From positions 62,001 to 126,000 of the IMG/VR virus record IMGVR_UViG_3300033997_000136: a DNA stretch of 64,000 bases; one strand, written 5' to 3'. Both the position numbers and the translations under genes were made by a program. The notes below the pieces were generated by a model. It saw only the letters and a program-made list of their open reading frames with translations. It made no database searches and was not told where the DNA came from. Of this stretch, positions 9,595-19,432 are shown in pieces; position 1 is the stretch's first letter, and each line of letters begins with the position of its first letter.

Positions 9595-10844
9595 GTTATA
9601 CAGCGATTGACTCTATCATTAACGTGTTAAAACAAAACGCATCTGCTTTAGGTGCACTCCAAAATGCAGCAACACCCATACCACAGCTTGAATCGGCTAT
9701 TAGCTTTTTAAAGAATCAACAACACCAGGCAGCGTGTTCGTTAGAAGCATTCTTAAAAACAGATTACCACCGTGTGACACAAGCGCTTTTAGGGTTAAAT
9801 GGTTTAACGTATTACAACTTAAGCCAACAAAAACAAGAGTTCTTTGCTTTGTTAAGACAACACTTAATGTATCACCAAACAACACTTGTCAGTAACCAGT
9901 TTGTTCAGGTAGAAACAAAAGAAGGGTCTAGTTATCTGACTATTACGTTAGAACCGAAAGACGATTCACGTAACCCTCATGACAACAATTCTATTCAAAT
10001 ACCTAGTCCCACTATTGACGTACGCATTTCAAGTCGCAGTGTGTACGATGTTAATCTATACACTCCTGTAGTTCATCCATTTACAGGAGACCATATTAAC
10101 CTTAACATCTGTACAGTCTCCGATAGTGAAATTGACTTTATGTTAAGTCAACTGCAAAGTAGCGTGGGTATGATTTCGTACGAACCACTGGAGTTTTACA
10201 TTACCTCTATCGCCAACTTACTGTACGAGTATGAACAGCTTCTGTATAAAAACAGAGCGTTTCAAATTCACGGTAAGGAAAGTCGTGGTAAGACAAAGAT
10301 TAGTCAGTTGGATATGACGAATCGAGAAATTGCAGTCAGTCACGAAGTAGATAGCATTTCTAGCTTCATAGCAAATCAAGGCGATGTATTTATTACTGTG
10401 GATAATGCTGAATCGTACGGTGTGTTGGATTCAGGATACGCATGGGAGTTATTACTTGATGGAAGTTTAGTGCTTAACCATCAGTTTAATAAGTACATCG
10501 ACTATCGTTACTGTCGTTCAGAGGAGGATAAGAAATACGGTCGTGTATCTAATCCATTTGGTTCTCGTAACAACAACACTGATTTACGTCCGTTCTATAA
10601 TCCAATCCGGTTTTTAGAACAGATGTTTAACGATGATACACCAACGTCAATTCGTGTGCTGTTAAACGACAATGGTGTAGTTCATCCATGGGCGCGTAAT
10701 TTGGATATGACTACGTTTGAACCGCTGCAAGAGTATAAACCTGAAGATGTTGTAAAATTGAATCTGATGCGTTTAGAACTTATAAAGCGTGTCAGTGTTC
10801 AGTATCTGAAAAACAAATCAATGGGGGTATTCAACGATGTTTAA
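9588..10844 (+). CDS. Hypothetical protein
   Basis: 418-aa ORF, AAGGA RBS. Confidence 0.8.
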   Translation: MLSYTAIDSIINVLKQNASALGALQNAATPIPQLESAISFLKNQQHQAACSLEAFLKTDYHRVTQALLGLNGLTYYNLSQQKQEFFALLRQHLMYHQTTLVSNQFVQVETKEGSSYLTITLEPKDDSRNPHDNNSIQIPSPTIDVRISSRSVYDVNLYTPVVHPFTGDHINLNICTVSDSEIDFMLSQLQSSVGMISYEPLEFYITSIANLLYEYEQLLYKNRAFQIHGKESRGKTKISQLDMTNREIAVSHEVDSISSFIANQGDVFITVDNAESYGVLDSGYAWELLLDGSLVLNHQFNKYIDYRYCRSEEDKKYGRVSNPFGSRNNNTDLRPFYNPIRFLEQMFNDDTPTSIRVLLNDNGVVHPWARNLDMTTFEPLQEYKPEDVVKLNLMRLELIKRVSVQYLKNKSMGVFNDV

Positions 10845-11217
10845 AAACAGCAAACGTTTGCCTCTAGCAATTATACTTGTGAACTTGTTCACTTGTTTAT
10901 TGTTATTGGTTACATTACCGTCTAAAGCGAATGCTAATGCGTTTTACACCACGTTAACTAAAGGAGGTGAAAGTATACCTTGTTTAGAGAAACAAGCGTG
11001 TAAGCTCGTTGTAGCGCGTTATAACGGCAATTTAAAAGTGACAGTGCATCTAAATGATGCACGTTGTCAACGACTGACAGCATTTGTATTAGATGAAACA
11101 AAACTTCCTATGTTTAACGACTATTTTATTATCGAAAAACATAAGTGGTCACCTATCCAACCTGCTACGTTAAAATCATGGGAATGTGTGGCTGGAGTGC
11201 GTACTACATTAAGTTAA
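10837..11217 (+). CDS. Hypothetical secreted/membrane protein
   Basis: Basic N-terminus, hydrophobic core, A-x-A cleavage-like site. Confidence 0.6.
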   Translation: MFKNSKRLPLAIILVNLFTCLLLLVTLPSKANANAFYTTLTKGGESIPCLEKQACKLVVARYNGNLKVTVHLNDARCQRLTAFVLDETKLPMFNDYFIIEKHKWSPIQPATLKSWECVAGVRTTLS

Positions 11218-11231
11218 TAATTGACTTATTC

Positions 11232-11369
11232 TATGGTTGCACGCCATTACACCTCATGTAGGTATACCGAGAGATAGCGCTAAAGGACTCGTGTCTTTTT
11301 CCTGTCTCTCGGTTCATCTTTTTATTTTTTCAGATACTTATTTTTTGTTTAGTGTAGATGAGGTTGTAT
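11232..11369 (+). promoter_or_regulatory. Structured leader / sRNA upstream of the MLE gene cluster
   Basis: TATG, then a long two-part hairpin at 11266-11313 with a U-rich tail; 11248-11257 is complementary to the RBS at 11358-11368. Confidence 0.5.
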
Positions 11370-12137
11370 ATGTTAGAACTTGTTCAGTTCGCAAAAGATA
11401 GACCACGATTTATTCAAAGTGGGTTAAAGTTGTATCTAGATGCATCAGACCAACGTTCTTACAACGGTGGTTCACAGTGGAATGATTTAAGTGGGAACAA
11501 CAACCACATTGCATTTACAGGACCTATTGTAAAAGAAGGCGCGTTTTTACATGGCAATGCTATTAATAGTTTTGGTCGAACTATTAATACGTTTGATTTA
11601 ACAAACAAACGTGCTGTCACTATTTTTTGTTTGATGAAACACCCTGACACAGGTACTGCTCCAGCTATTGATGGGATTGTGTACGAACACACCCCTGATT
11701 GGAACGCAGGTAATACCTATGGGTCAGTAACATACGGTGGTTTTGGTGTGGCTATGAATACAAGTGGTACTGCACATTTAGCACACGGTATTCATGCTCA
11801 GTATCAAGGTAATTCCCCTTACTCAGGTGTAAATATCTTATCACCAGATATAACCAAAGAAACACTGTACACGTTTATCCACGACACCAATCAAGTTACA
11901 CCACCTCAATCTAAAGCGTATATTAACGCTGTTGAATTTACAGGTGAAGTGGGAATACCTTACAATGGTATTTCTAATCAATCCATGGGAAATGATTATT
12001 TGTTCTTATGGACTCGTGGCGGTGTAGGGTCATTTAACGATACACGAATTGCGTTAATGTTGATTTATGATAGAGTCTTAAGTTTGTCGGAGATTCAATA
12101 CACGCGTTCTATCTTGTTAGATAGATTTACTTTGTAG
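11370..12137 (+). CDS. MLE-family LamG/concanavalin-like lectin domain protein (putative tail adhesin)
   Basis: Start reassigned to ATG 11370 (GAGG RBS); GLKLYLDA..SY.G..WNDLSGNNNH and IYDRVLSLSEI are typical of phage LamG domains. Confidence 0.75.
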   Translation: MLELVQFAKDRPRFIQSGLKLYLDASDQRSYNGGSQWNDLSGNNNHIAFTGPIVKEGAFLHGNAINSFGRTINTFDLTNKRAVTIFCLMKHPDTGTAPAIDGIVYEHTPDWNAGNTYGSVTYGGFGVAMNTSGTAHLAHGIHAQYQGNSPYSGVNILSPDITKETLYTFIHDTNQVTPPQSKAYINAVEFTGEVGIPYNGISNQSMGNDYLFLWTRGGVGSFNDTRIALMLIYDRVLSLSEIQYTRSILLDRFTL

Positions 12138-12163
12138 CTCGATAATTCCCCATAGAGACTATT

Positions 12164-12688
12164 ATGTTAGAATTCTTCAAACCTTCCTACATTTCCAATA
12201 TAGACGATGCGTTACTTCATTCGTTTTCATTGCGAAATACATTACGTGATGAAAGGACTCCCACTATTTTAAGCGCACCTAAAGGTACGATTCGCTCTAC
12301 TTACTTAGATGTGAAAAGTGGAGATGTTAGCATACCAGGCGATACAACGGATGGTTATGATGTGTTAACAATAGGGTTCTGGTTGCGTTACAAAACGGTG
12401 AAAGGATTCAACACAAATTCATTATACACCCCCACAGATACCTTGTGGCATTTTTGGGTAATGGTGGTCACACGTGAAGAAGATAAATTGCGATTTGATT
12501 GTGTTATAGATAATGAGAGTGCGTTTACGCTCACATGGGATAAACCCAGAGAAAAAGCGTCTATGATGTTAAAACAGTTGTTTAATAAAAAAGATGTATC
12601 ACTTGCAATGTTGCGTGTGTATACGCAAGGAATGGTAATGTCTGATGCCCGTACGTTGTACGGAAAAGCTCAACGTGTAAAACCTTAG
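12164..12688 (+). CDS. MLE-family degenerate LamG-like protein
   Basis: LTIGFWLR, WHFWVMV and LRVYTQGM...ARTLY parallel the LamG strands of 12706. Confidence 0.55.
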   Translation: MLEFFKPSYISNIDDALLHSFSLRNTLRDERTPTILSAPKGTIRSTYLDVKSGDVSIPGDTTDGYDVLTIGFWLRYKTVKGFNTNSLYTPTDTLWHFWVMVVTREEDKLRFDCVIDNESAFTLTWDKPREKASMMLKQLFNKKDVSLAMLRVYTQGMVMSDARTLYGKAQRVKP

Positions 12689-12705
12689 TATTTAGGTGGT
12701 AGTGT

Positions 12706-13371
12706 ATGTTAGAAATAACGCGGCAACGAGATGCGTTTCAAATATTGGGAAAGAAATTAAAAGCACATTTCCCGTGTCGTAATTTGAATGATAGTAAAGG
12801 TGGTAGTCCTCTACTAGGTGATGGATTAGTTCAAACTGATTCAATTAATGTACAAAACCGTTCTATCACTATTCCATCTGCATCCATGCCACAGAATGTA
12901 TTTACGTTAGCATTTTGGATGAAGCACAATACTTCTCCAACGGGTGGTTGGGATAGACCGTTATTAATGCGGCAATCAAGACAGCCCGGAATGTGGTTGT
13001 ACGATGGAAACAACGCGCTTCACATGTCAACATTTTTAGTTGACACACAAGGCGGACAACATAATTGTACTCCAGACAACCCAAGTCTTCCTGAAAGTCA
13101 AGTTAATCCAAATGTCTGGGTACATGTGTTGTATCGATTTAGATACAATCCACAAAACGGTGTAAGCAGTATGTCACAGTTTATCAATGGTGTAAAGATA
13201 GGACATAGTGACTATCCATATGCACCACTAGCCGCAACGACTGATTTAACGATTAGCACGTGGTATCCATGTAGCATATCTGATATAAGAACGTATGGAC
13301 ATTACTTAACAGACATTGAATGTGGGTTAGTCTATGCGCAATCGAATAAGTTAAAACCGGTAGGGAGTTAA
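12706..13371 (+). CDS. MLE-family LamG/concanavalin-like protein
   Basis: FTLAFWMK, NVWVHV, FINGVK, ISDIRTYGHYLTDIE. Confidence 0.75.
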   Translation: MLEITRQRDAFQILGKKLKAHFPCRNLNDSKGGSPLLGDGLVQTDSINVQNRSITIPSASMPQNVFTLAFWMKHNTSPTGGWDRPLLMRQSRQPGMWLYDGNNALHMSTFLVDTQGGQHNCTPDNPSLPESQVNPNVWVHVLYRFRYNPQNGVSSMSQFINGVKIGHSDYPYAPLAATTDLTISTWYPCSISDIRTYGHYLTDIECGLVYAQSNKLKPVGS

Positions 13372-13373
13372 TC

Positions 13374-14096
13374 ATGTTAGAAGTAATGAGTGGCACTGAT
13401 TTACGTCCTATTGATAAAACGCTAATTCATGCTTCAGATTGGAGTTTTACACAATCTCAGTTTTTTACCTTAAGAGGATATTACGAACCTATGTTAGTAG
13501 GTCCTCACGGTCAGAAGCAAGTATTGCGTTCATTATCGGATGGATCTAATGGATGGACCGGTGGCTGGGATAGTTATCTTGTGAAAGCTAATCCTAATGT
13601 ATTACATCGTATCACATGTTGGGTTAAAATAAAAAATAAAGGTGGTGTTGTTCCAAACGGTGTGTTACGTGGGTATATTTACCTTGGTACAAACTGGTCA
13701 GGTAATGAACCAGTACAAACATTGCGCGATGGTTCAGATAATTTTAATCCTTATTTCCATGTCACCTTTGTAGATAACTTACCTGAAAACGAATGGTTAT
13801 TACTTGTAGGATATGTGCATCCTGTAAATACACCATTCGGTGGTCCTCGTAGTGAGTCTGGTATATGGCAATTATCCACAAATCAGAAAATAGTAAATGC
13901 ATGGGATGATTTTAGATTTAAATCTGGGACGACCAAAATCTTAAATCGTTGCTATCACTACTACGACCAGATTCCCGGAATCGAAGTATTGTACAACGAC
14001 CCACGAATTGATGTGTGTGATGGAAGTGAACCTACCATAACTCAGTTATTAAACGGGTATGGTGTCAATATGCGAAAACGTCCAATCGTAACTTAG
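13374..14096 (+). CDS. MLE-family carbohydrate-binding-like jelly-roll protein (phage tail-type domain)
   Basis: GGW, NPYF, LPENEWLLLVGYVHP and PRIDVCDGSEPTITQLL, a domain I recognise from phage tail proteins. Confidence 0.6.
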   Translation: MLEVMSGTDLRPIDKTLIHASDWSFTQSQFFTLRGYYEPMLVGPHGQKQVLRSLSDGSNGWTGGWDSYLVKANPNVLHRITCWVKIKNKGGVVPNGVLRGYIYLGTNWSGNEPVQTLRDGSDNFNPYFHVTFVDNLPENEWLLLVGYVHPVNTPFGGPRSESGIWQLSTNQKIVNAWDDFRFKSGTTKILNRCYHYYDQIPGIEVLYNDPRIDVCDGSEPTITQLLNGYGVNMRKRPIVT

Positions 14097-14126
14097 AGAA
14101 GAGAGAGGCAACTGCCTCTCTCTTCT
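14097..14126 (+). terminator. GC-apex hairpin terminator
   Basis: AGAAGAGAGAGGCA-AC-TGCCTCTCTCTTCT. Confidence 0.8.
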
Positions 14127-14148
14127 ATGTCCTTTTTTATCTTTTTAT

Positions 14149-14168
14149 AAACATACATTATCATTGTG
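14149..14168 (+). promoter_or_regulatory. Early promoter motif
   Basis: AAACA-TACATTAT-CATTG-TG. Confidence 0.7.
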
Positions 14169-14241
14169 TATTAATCACCTGTGTATAAAAACACAGAATG
14201 ACATTATCATCATGGAAGTAGTTTCCATCAGGGAGTTGAAT

Positions 14242-14742
14242 ATGCGCGATAAGTTAATAAAACTAATTCACAACTTTAAAAACGCACATCGGTTAAATGA
14301 CGAAGATGTGATTGTTAACTTCGGTGCTGCGATGGTTATCTTGTACTTACGAGATAGTTGTAATGACATCGACATGTGTGTTAGTCCACTTCATTATAAA
14401 GCAATCAAAACAGCGTATGAAGATGACATTCGTGGTGGTGAGCTATGTACAGTTCAAACCTGTATTGACATTATTGATGGGAAAAGTGTTTCAAAAGAAT
14501 ACCTTGAGATACAGTTTCAAGGTCACACGTTTGAAGTGCATAGTGATGATTTTAATCGTCGTCAGTATCATCAACTACAAACTGTTGGCTTACAGGTTGA
14601 TAGTGCGTTTCAAATTTTAGAAGATAAGCAGCGGTTGAACCGTCCTAAAGATGCAGACGATATTTCTCGTCTGCAAAAAGAAGTGAGTCGTCTAAGAGCA
14701 GAGTTAGATGAACAAAAACAATGTTCTGTGTTTAAATCATAA
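14242..14742 (+). CDS. Nucleotidyltransferase-like protein
   Basis: GAAMV..LRDSCNDIDM (G-x-A...DxD) and C-terminal K..LNRPKD..DI; start moved to ATG 14242 (GGGAG RBS). Confidence 0.55.
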   Translation: MRDKLIKLIHNFKNAHRLNDEDVIVNFGAAMVILYLRDSCNDIDMCVSPLHYKAIKTAYEDDIRGGELCTVQTCIDIIDGKSVSKEYLEIQFQGHTFEVHSDDFNRRQYHQLQTVGLQVDSAFQILEDKQRLNRPKDADDISRLQKEVSRLRAELDEQKQCSVFKS

Positions 14743-14763
14743 TAATTGAAAAGGTAAATCCCC

Positions 14764-15924
14764 ATGACCGTATTATCCGCAGCAATGCAATTTGCATTAA
14801 ACATTAAAGACCCTGTTGTGTTTTCTATGTACAACCCAGTCATCCAACACACGGTGCAGACATTCACGTCGTTTAACGACCACTATCCACCAAACAAAGC
14901 AAACCAGTTAGTCTGTCAAAGTCTGTTCTTTCAAGACCTGTCTGCGTTGTTACAGATACCTATACCACCTTTAAGACAAACAGAGATGTTGATGTACGCA
15001 CCATCGTTACCCCTGTATTTCTTTGGCCCTGAATTTTGTAACATGATTCATCGTTCTATCATGAACGAAATTCATCGTACGGCAGGACCTACTGTACTTG
15101 GGAACATCAGTACCTACAACACGTATGCGCAGTACACTGATGTCTCTTTAATTATTAAAGATGTGTTGTCGTATTACTCAGCACAGTATGACGATATATT
15201 CGGTCATCTGTATCCTCTTTTGTTTTGTATTTACAAAGAGGTCTTTGCAAAACCATTTACTGATTTTTCAGACTGGGAGTTAGTTCCATTAGACCTTCCT
15301 GATAGCTCACCATTAAAAGAGCACTCAAACTATCTGTTTGAGTTAAAGGAGAGTGACCCTGTTGCATTTCAGTTGTGGTTAGACATGGGGACGATGGTGA
15401 TTCAAAGCCTTCGTGATTATTTACGTGCTGCTTTAGTGGTGAATGAATTCGCTGAGTTTTATTATCATACGGTTCATAAGTCAAAAGTTACATTTGACTA
15501 TGCAGGTGATATTAACATTCACGATTCAAAAGTGAAGCGGTATATTGAAGCATTCAGTCACCAATCCATGTATGTATCTAATCGTCGCTACCTGTATCGT
15601 ACGTTTATTGCAAACATGGTAGAACAGTTATCACACATCTTAGATGCAGGCATCACCACTGCATTTGGTGTAGTACCTATCTACTTTACACCACATGGAT
15701 GGGTATTAGCTATTTGCAGTGACCAGCTATTGGTTGATGCGCAGAAGGTCATTCCTACTATCAAAACTAAAGATGATTTGATAGAGCATTTGGTAGCCTC
15801 TGAGCACAACCCGTTTAGTTTAAGTGATGACCAGACTGTGTTTATCATGAGTTCGGTTCCATCTGCATCAATACACGTTACACCTGTTAATTCAGGTGCA
15901 CCTTCGCTTAAAGTGGTTCAATAA
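14764..15924 (+). CDS. Hypothetical protein
   Basis: 386-aa ORF with RBS. Confidence 0.8.
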   Translation: MTVLSAAMQFALNIKDPVVFSMYNPVIQHTVQTFTSFNDHYPPNKANQLVCQSLFFQDLSALLQIPIPPLRQTEMLMYAPSLPLYFFGPEFCNMIHRSIMNEIHRTAGPTVLGNISTYNTYAQYTDVSLIIKDVLSYYSAQYDDIFGHLYPLLFCIYKEVFAKPFTDFSDWELVPLDLPDSSPLKEHSNYLFELKESDPVAFQLWLDMGTMVIQSLRDYLRAALVVNEFAEFYYHTVHKSKVTFDYAGDINIHDSKVKRYIEAFSHQSMYVSNRRYLYRTFIANMVEQLSHILDAGITTAFGVVPIYFTPHGWVLAICSDQLLVDAQKVIPTIKTKDDLIEHLVASEHNPFSLSDDQTVFIMSSVPSASIHVTPVNSGAPSLKVVQ

Positions 15925-15935
15925 GGAAAACCCAC

Positions 15936-17297
15936 ATGACTATTAAAAATAATGCTGACAAACAGTACCGCGATTTAATTCAGTACATCTTAACGAACGG
16001 TCGTTTTAAAGGTGACCGAACTGGCGTAGGTACAAAGTCAGTCTTTGGTTACCAGATGCGTTTTGATTTAAGTAAAGACTTTCCATTGATTACAGGGAAG
16101 TTTACATCATTCAAAGCGTTAAAGGCGGAGAACATCTGGTTTGCGTCTGGTTCATGCAACAACAAAGACCTGAATGAATTAGGTGCTACCATTTGGGATG
16201 AATGGGATGTTGTTCCTGAGAACTTTATCACCTTAGTTAATCGTATTCGTTTAAATACCGAACATGAAACATTGTGGTTAGAACGCACCGGTCAGCTTAG
16301 TATTGAAATGGCTAACCTTAGAGAAATGCCAGCATTTACATTAGATAGCAACACAATAAAAGTCAAAGAAACACATTCAGCTAAAAACGTTCAGGGTTTA
16401 ACTGCACGTGAATTACTGATTAGCGGCCCTTTCACAGACAAATGTCTGGAAGACGGGTTCAGTGAGCATTTGATTAAATACAATCAACTACAACATCAAC
16501 TGTATAAGGAATCCATTGCGTTTTGTCAGGAACACAACATTCCATGGACAATCGGCGATTTAGGTCCGGTGTATGGTAAAATGTGGCGTTCATGGCCTTG
16601 TGTTGACGGTACAACTGTTGACCAGTTAAGTCGTGCGATAGCGACACTCAGAACAAATCCGACATCCCGTCGTATCATTGTTACTGGTTGGAATCCTGAG
16701 TTACTGCCAGAAGAAGGTCAGTCACACGCTGTTAACGTAGTTAACGGTAAACAAGTATTGCCACCATGTCATTTGTTGTTTCAGTTCTATGCTGAAGAGT
16801 TGACTGTTGGTGAACGAGATTGGTATGCTACTCGTCTGAAAAACAAAGACGGTGTGTACTATGATGAAGCAATGGAAATCGCTGCATTATTGAATGAACA
16901 CCAAGATAAATCTGAAGAAGAACGCGATGAGTTGTTGACAGCTCTTCTTAACAGACTGGGTGTGCCTAAACATCGTTTATCGTGTCAGATGTATATTCGG
17001 TCTAACGATGTGTTCTTAGGTACTCCGTTTAACATCGCTGGTTATGCTTTAGTAACGTTAATGGCTGCACAGGTAGTCGATATGGTTCCAGGTGATTTAG
17101 TGTACACCATTGGTGATGCACATATCTACACCAACCATATGGAACAGATTGAGCAGTATCTGGCACAAGAAACGTTTCCTTTACCTACAGTGAAGTTAAA
17201 TCCAAACGTAAAAGAAATAACTGATTTTACGATGGATGATATCGAACTCATTGGTTATCAGCATGGCGGTAAGATATCTGCACCTGTAGCTGTTTAG
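15936..17297 (+). CDS. thyA: Thymidylate synthase with two large in-frame insertions
   Basis: DRTGVGT, FPLIT, IWDEW, LGPVYG, SRR, LPPCH, RSNDVFLGTPFN, GDAHIY, C-terminal APVAV. Confidence 0.97.
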   Translation: MTIKNNADKQYRDLIQYILTNGRFKGDRTGVGTKSVFGYQMRFDLSKDFPLITGKFTSFKALKAENIWFASGSCNNKDLNELGATIWDEWDVVPENFITLVNRIRLNTEHETLWLERTGQLSIEMANLREMPAFTLDSNTIKVKETHSAKNVQGLTARELLISGPFTDKCLEDGFSEHLIKYNQLQHQLYKESIAFCQEHNIPWTIGDLGPVYGKMWRSWPCVDGTTVDQLSRAIATLRTNPTSRRIIVTGWNPELLPEEGQSHAVNVVNGKQVLPPCHLLFQFYAEELTVGERDWYATRLKNKDGVYYDEAMEIAALLNEHQDKSEEERDELLTALLNRLGVPKHRLSCQMYIRSNDVFLGTPFNIAGYALVTLMAAQVVDMVPGDLVYTIGDAHIYTNHMEQIEQYLAQETFPLPTVKLNPNVKEITDFTMDDIELIGYQHGGKISAPVAV

Positions 17298-17303
17298 CAA
17301 AAT

Positions 17304-17330
17304 AGAGAGAGGAGCATTGCTCCTCTCTCT
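17304..17330 (+). terminator. GC-apex hairpin terminator
   Basis: AGAGAGAGGAGC-ATT-GCTCCTCTCTCT. Confidence 0.8.
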
Positions 17331-17354
17331 TATCCGTTTTGATGAGGTTAAATT

Positions 17355-18020
17355 GTGGATAGCGCAATAGAATTGTTAAGCTTCTTAGAAAAATTGCAAG
17401 ACAATTCAAAATACAAAGTAAACTGGTTTATTAAGTTAAGTGAGGCAGAAGATTTTCGAATTGTGTGTGGTGTGGATTCTGATTCAAAAGAACCTATCAT
17501 ACCTACTAATCTACATGCTGAACGAGTGATTGTCACACATGATTCTCGAATGTTTAATTTAGCCATAGTGGTGAGTAAAAATGCTGTTGATGAGGTTGAT
17601 GTTGACCCATTAAGATTTGGTGCATATTTGCTATTAAACGAACCAAAACCATTACCTAACGTTCCCAAAGTTGTGTTCTATGGTAACGGTGGTGGTATTG
17701 ATAATCATCTTGCTAACGCAACTGTAGTGCGTTATGACACCATCAACGAGTATGTTGCTGATTTAATAAAAGAGTTAGCGAGGTATAGTGAATGTAAGTT
17801 AGTATTCGGTATAAAGAATCCGAATCTACGTTGTCATGCGTATGATTCGCGCATCAACAAATTTGTGTGGATGTTAACTGCTGACCATATTGGCCCATCT
17901 CATATTACACCAAGTCAGTTTGTAAAATGGTGTTATTTTGAAGATGGTAGCGACCGCACTATGTCGTTAAATAAAGAAATCATTAAACAACAACTCAGTT
18001 GTTTAACAGCTAATAATTAG
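17355..18020 (+). CDS. Hypothetical protein (paralogue of 18278)
   Basis: Shares G.DS...E.I.P.N, D.RM.N and D..P.RFG motifs with 18278. Confidence 0.75.
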   Translation: MDSAIELLSFLEKLQDNSKYKVNWFIKLSEAEDFRIVCGVDSDSKEPIIPTNLHAERVIVTHDSRMFNLAIVVSKNAVDEVDVDPLRFGAYLLLNEPKPLPNVPKVVFYGNGGGIDNHLANATVVRYDTINEYVADLIKELARYSECKLVFGIKNPNLRCHAYDSRINKFVWMLTADHIGPSHITPSQFVKWCYFEDGSDRTMSLNKEIIKQQLSCLTANN

Positions 18021-18027
18021 CGGTGGT

Positions 18028-18258
18028 GTGCAAATGTTTAAAGATATTTCTGTGGTTCTATTAACAGTAGTTATTTGTGCTGCTGTTTACATTGCTGCTG
18101 TTTGTTTAACGTGGCAAACGCTAGTGTTTATACAAGGCGGTGTTTCAGGATACGATTATTACACTGGTAGTATTGTAGGACTTGTAACTCTTGCTTTGTC
18201 TAATAAATGGATATTAAAAGCTGTGTACAAGTTGATAGATTGGTTAAAACTTGATTAA
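18028..18258 (+). CDS. Small two-TM membrane protein
   Basis: Two hydrophobic segments. Confidence 0.65.
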   Translation: MQMFKDISVVLLTVVICAAVYIAAVCLTWQTLVFIQGGVSGYDYYTGSIVGLVTLALSNKWILKAVYKLIDWLKLD

Positions 18259-18277
18259 CTCTATTAGGAGAATTTAA

Positions 18278-18715
18278 ATGTCAGCATCATTAACTGAGCA
18301 ACAAAAGTTGGAAATCACAATTGAGTTTTGTGACTTTATTGAACAGCGTATAAAAAGTCGCAACACAATGGCAGCAACATTAACTGCTGCTATAAAACCA
18401 GAAGTGTTACCGTCTGTTCATTTGTTTGACTTTCGTTCTAATTTTGTAGACACTACTGTGATTGTTGGGATTGATTCTGTTACAGGCGAATCTATTCTAC
18501 CATCTAATTTTACACTAGATAACGTAAAGTTAGTATTCAGTAGCGACGAACGTATGGTTAACCATTTGATTATCATTGATAACGAAGATACTCAGATTAC
18601 CGCAATAGACGATATCCATCCAGATCGTTTTGGAACTGAGACTATGTTGTCTGGTTCTATACCTATCGGCGTCACTTGTGCTAGTGATTTGTTAAAAAGA
18701 ACAGTCGTTCCGTAG
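18278..18715 (+). CDS. Hypothetical protein (paralogue of 17355)
   Basis: AGGAG RBS; shared motifs. Confidence 0.75.
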   Translation: MSASLTEQQKLEITIEFCDFIEQRIKSRNTMAATLTAAIKPEVLPSVHLFDFRSNFVDTTVIVGIDSVTGESILPSNFTLDNVKLVFSSDERMVNHLIIIDNEDTQITAIDDIHPDRFGTETMLSGSIPIGVTCASDLLKRTVVP

Positions 18716-18757
18716 ATGTGTTTTAATGCATCTACTTATAAAAAAGAGAGAATCCCC

Positions 18758-19432
18758 ATGCAGAACAATGTCGTTGATTTATTTTCTAGAAAACCACATA
18801 TACCTACAACTACTCAGTGGGAGTTAGAAGCACTTTCTGCGTTTCTGAATCAACCCTTGATGCCTAATAAACTAAAAGGTATTAGCACAGAAGAACGTGT
18901 AGGTTTGAATCAAGTAGGGTATTACGTTCGTCAATACCGCAGTGAAATGGATGCTATCTCAAAAACATTTGATGGTGGAGTTAACTACGGTTATTTCTAC
19001 CGAGTCATCAATGGTCAAGAAGTAGACTACATTGCAATTGGCGAAGTTCACTTTGCAAGACGTACCACTGAGACGTCAATACTTGAGCAACTTCATCATC
19101 CGATTATGTATCTGTCTATGCGACGTGTTCGCAGTGAAACAGATTACCAATACACACCTAACAGTAGTGCGATAGATAAATGCGTAAGTTTATCCCTTAT
19201 GAATGACATCGTGGATGATTTTAATCCTCAGCACTATTCGATTGGTAAACGTAATCTTCAGCGTATCATTGAACTATTTGTTCGAAACGCTGAAACCACA
19301 ATAGGTGGTGCTGTCGTTGAGAAAAATGACAGTAAATACATACTGGCTCACTACTTCACTATGAGCGTGTTAAAAACAATGTGGGTTGTAGAAGCCACGT
19401 TAGTTATCCCAAGAAACAAACGGAGATTGTAA
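18758..19432 (+). CDS. Hypothetical protein
   Basis: Start moved to ATG 18758, whose leader is identical to that of 30222. Confidence 0.7.
   Translation: MQNNVVDLFSRKPHIPTTTQWELEALSAFLNQPLMPNKLKGISTEERVGLNQVGYYVRQYRSEMDAISKTFDGGVNYGYFYRVINGQEVDYIAIGEVHFARRTTETSILEQLHHPIMYLSMRRVRSETDYQYTPNSSAIDKCVSLSLMNDIVDDFNPQHYSIGKRNLQRIIELFVRNAETTIGGAVVEKNDSKYILAHYFTMSVLKTMWVVEATLVIPRNKRRL

Noticed and set aside
16200-16560. Intein or intron in thyA
   Set aside because: The insertion does not start with C/S, the HN is followed by I rather than C/S/T, there are no LAGLIDADG/HNH motifs, and the frame is uninterrupted.
18713-18757. TAG read-through or recoding fusing 18278 with 18716
   Set aside because: The downstream gene has a better start at 18758 with a leader shared with 30222. 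TAG, TGA and TAA all act as normal stops elsewhere.
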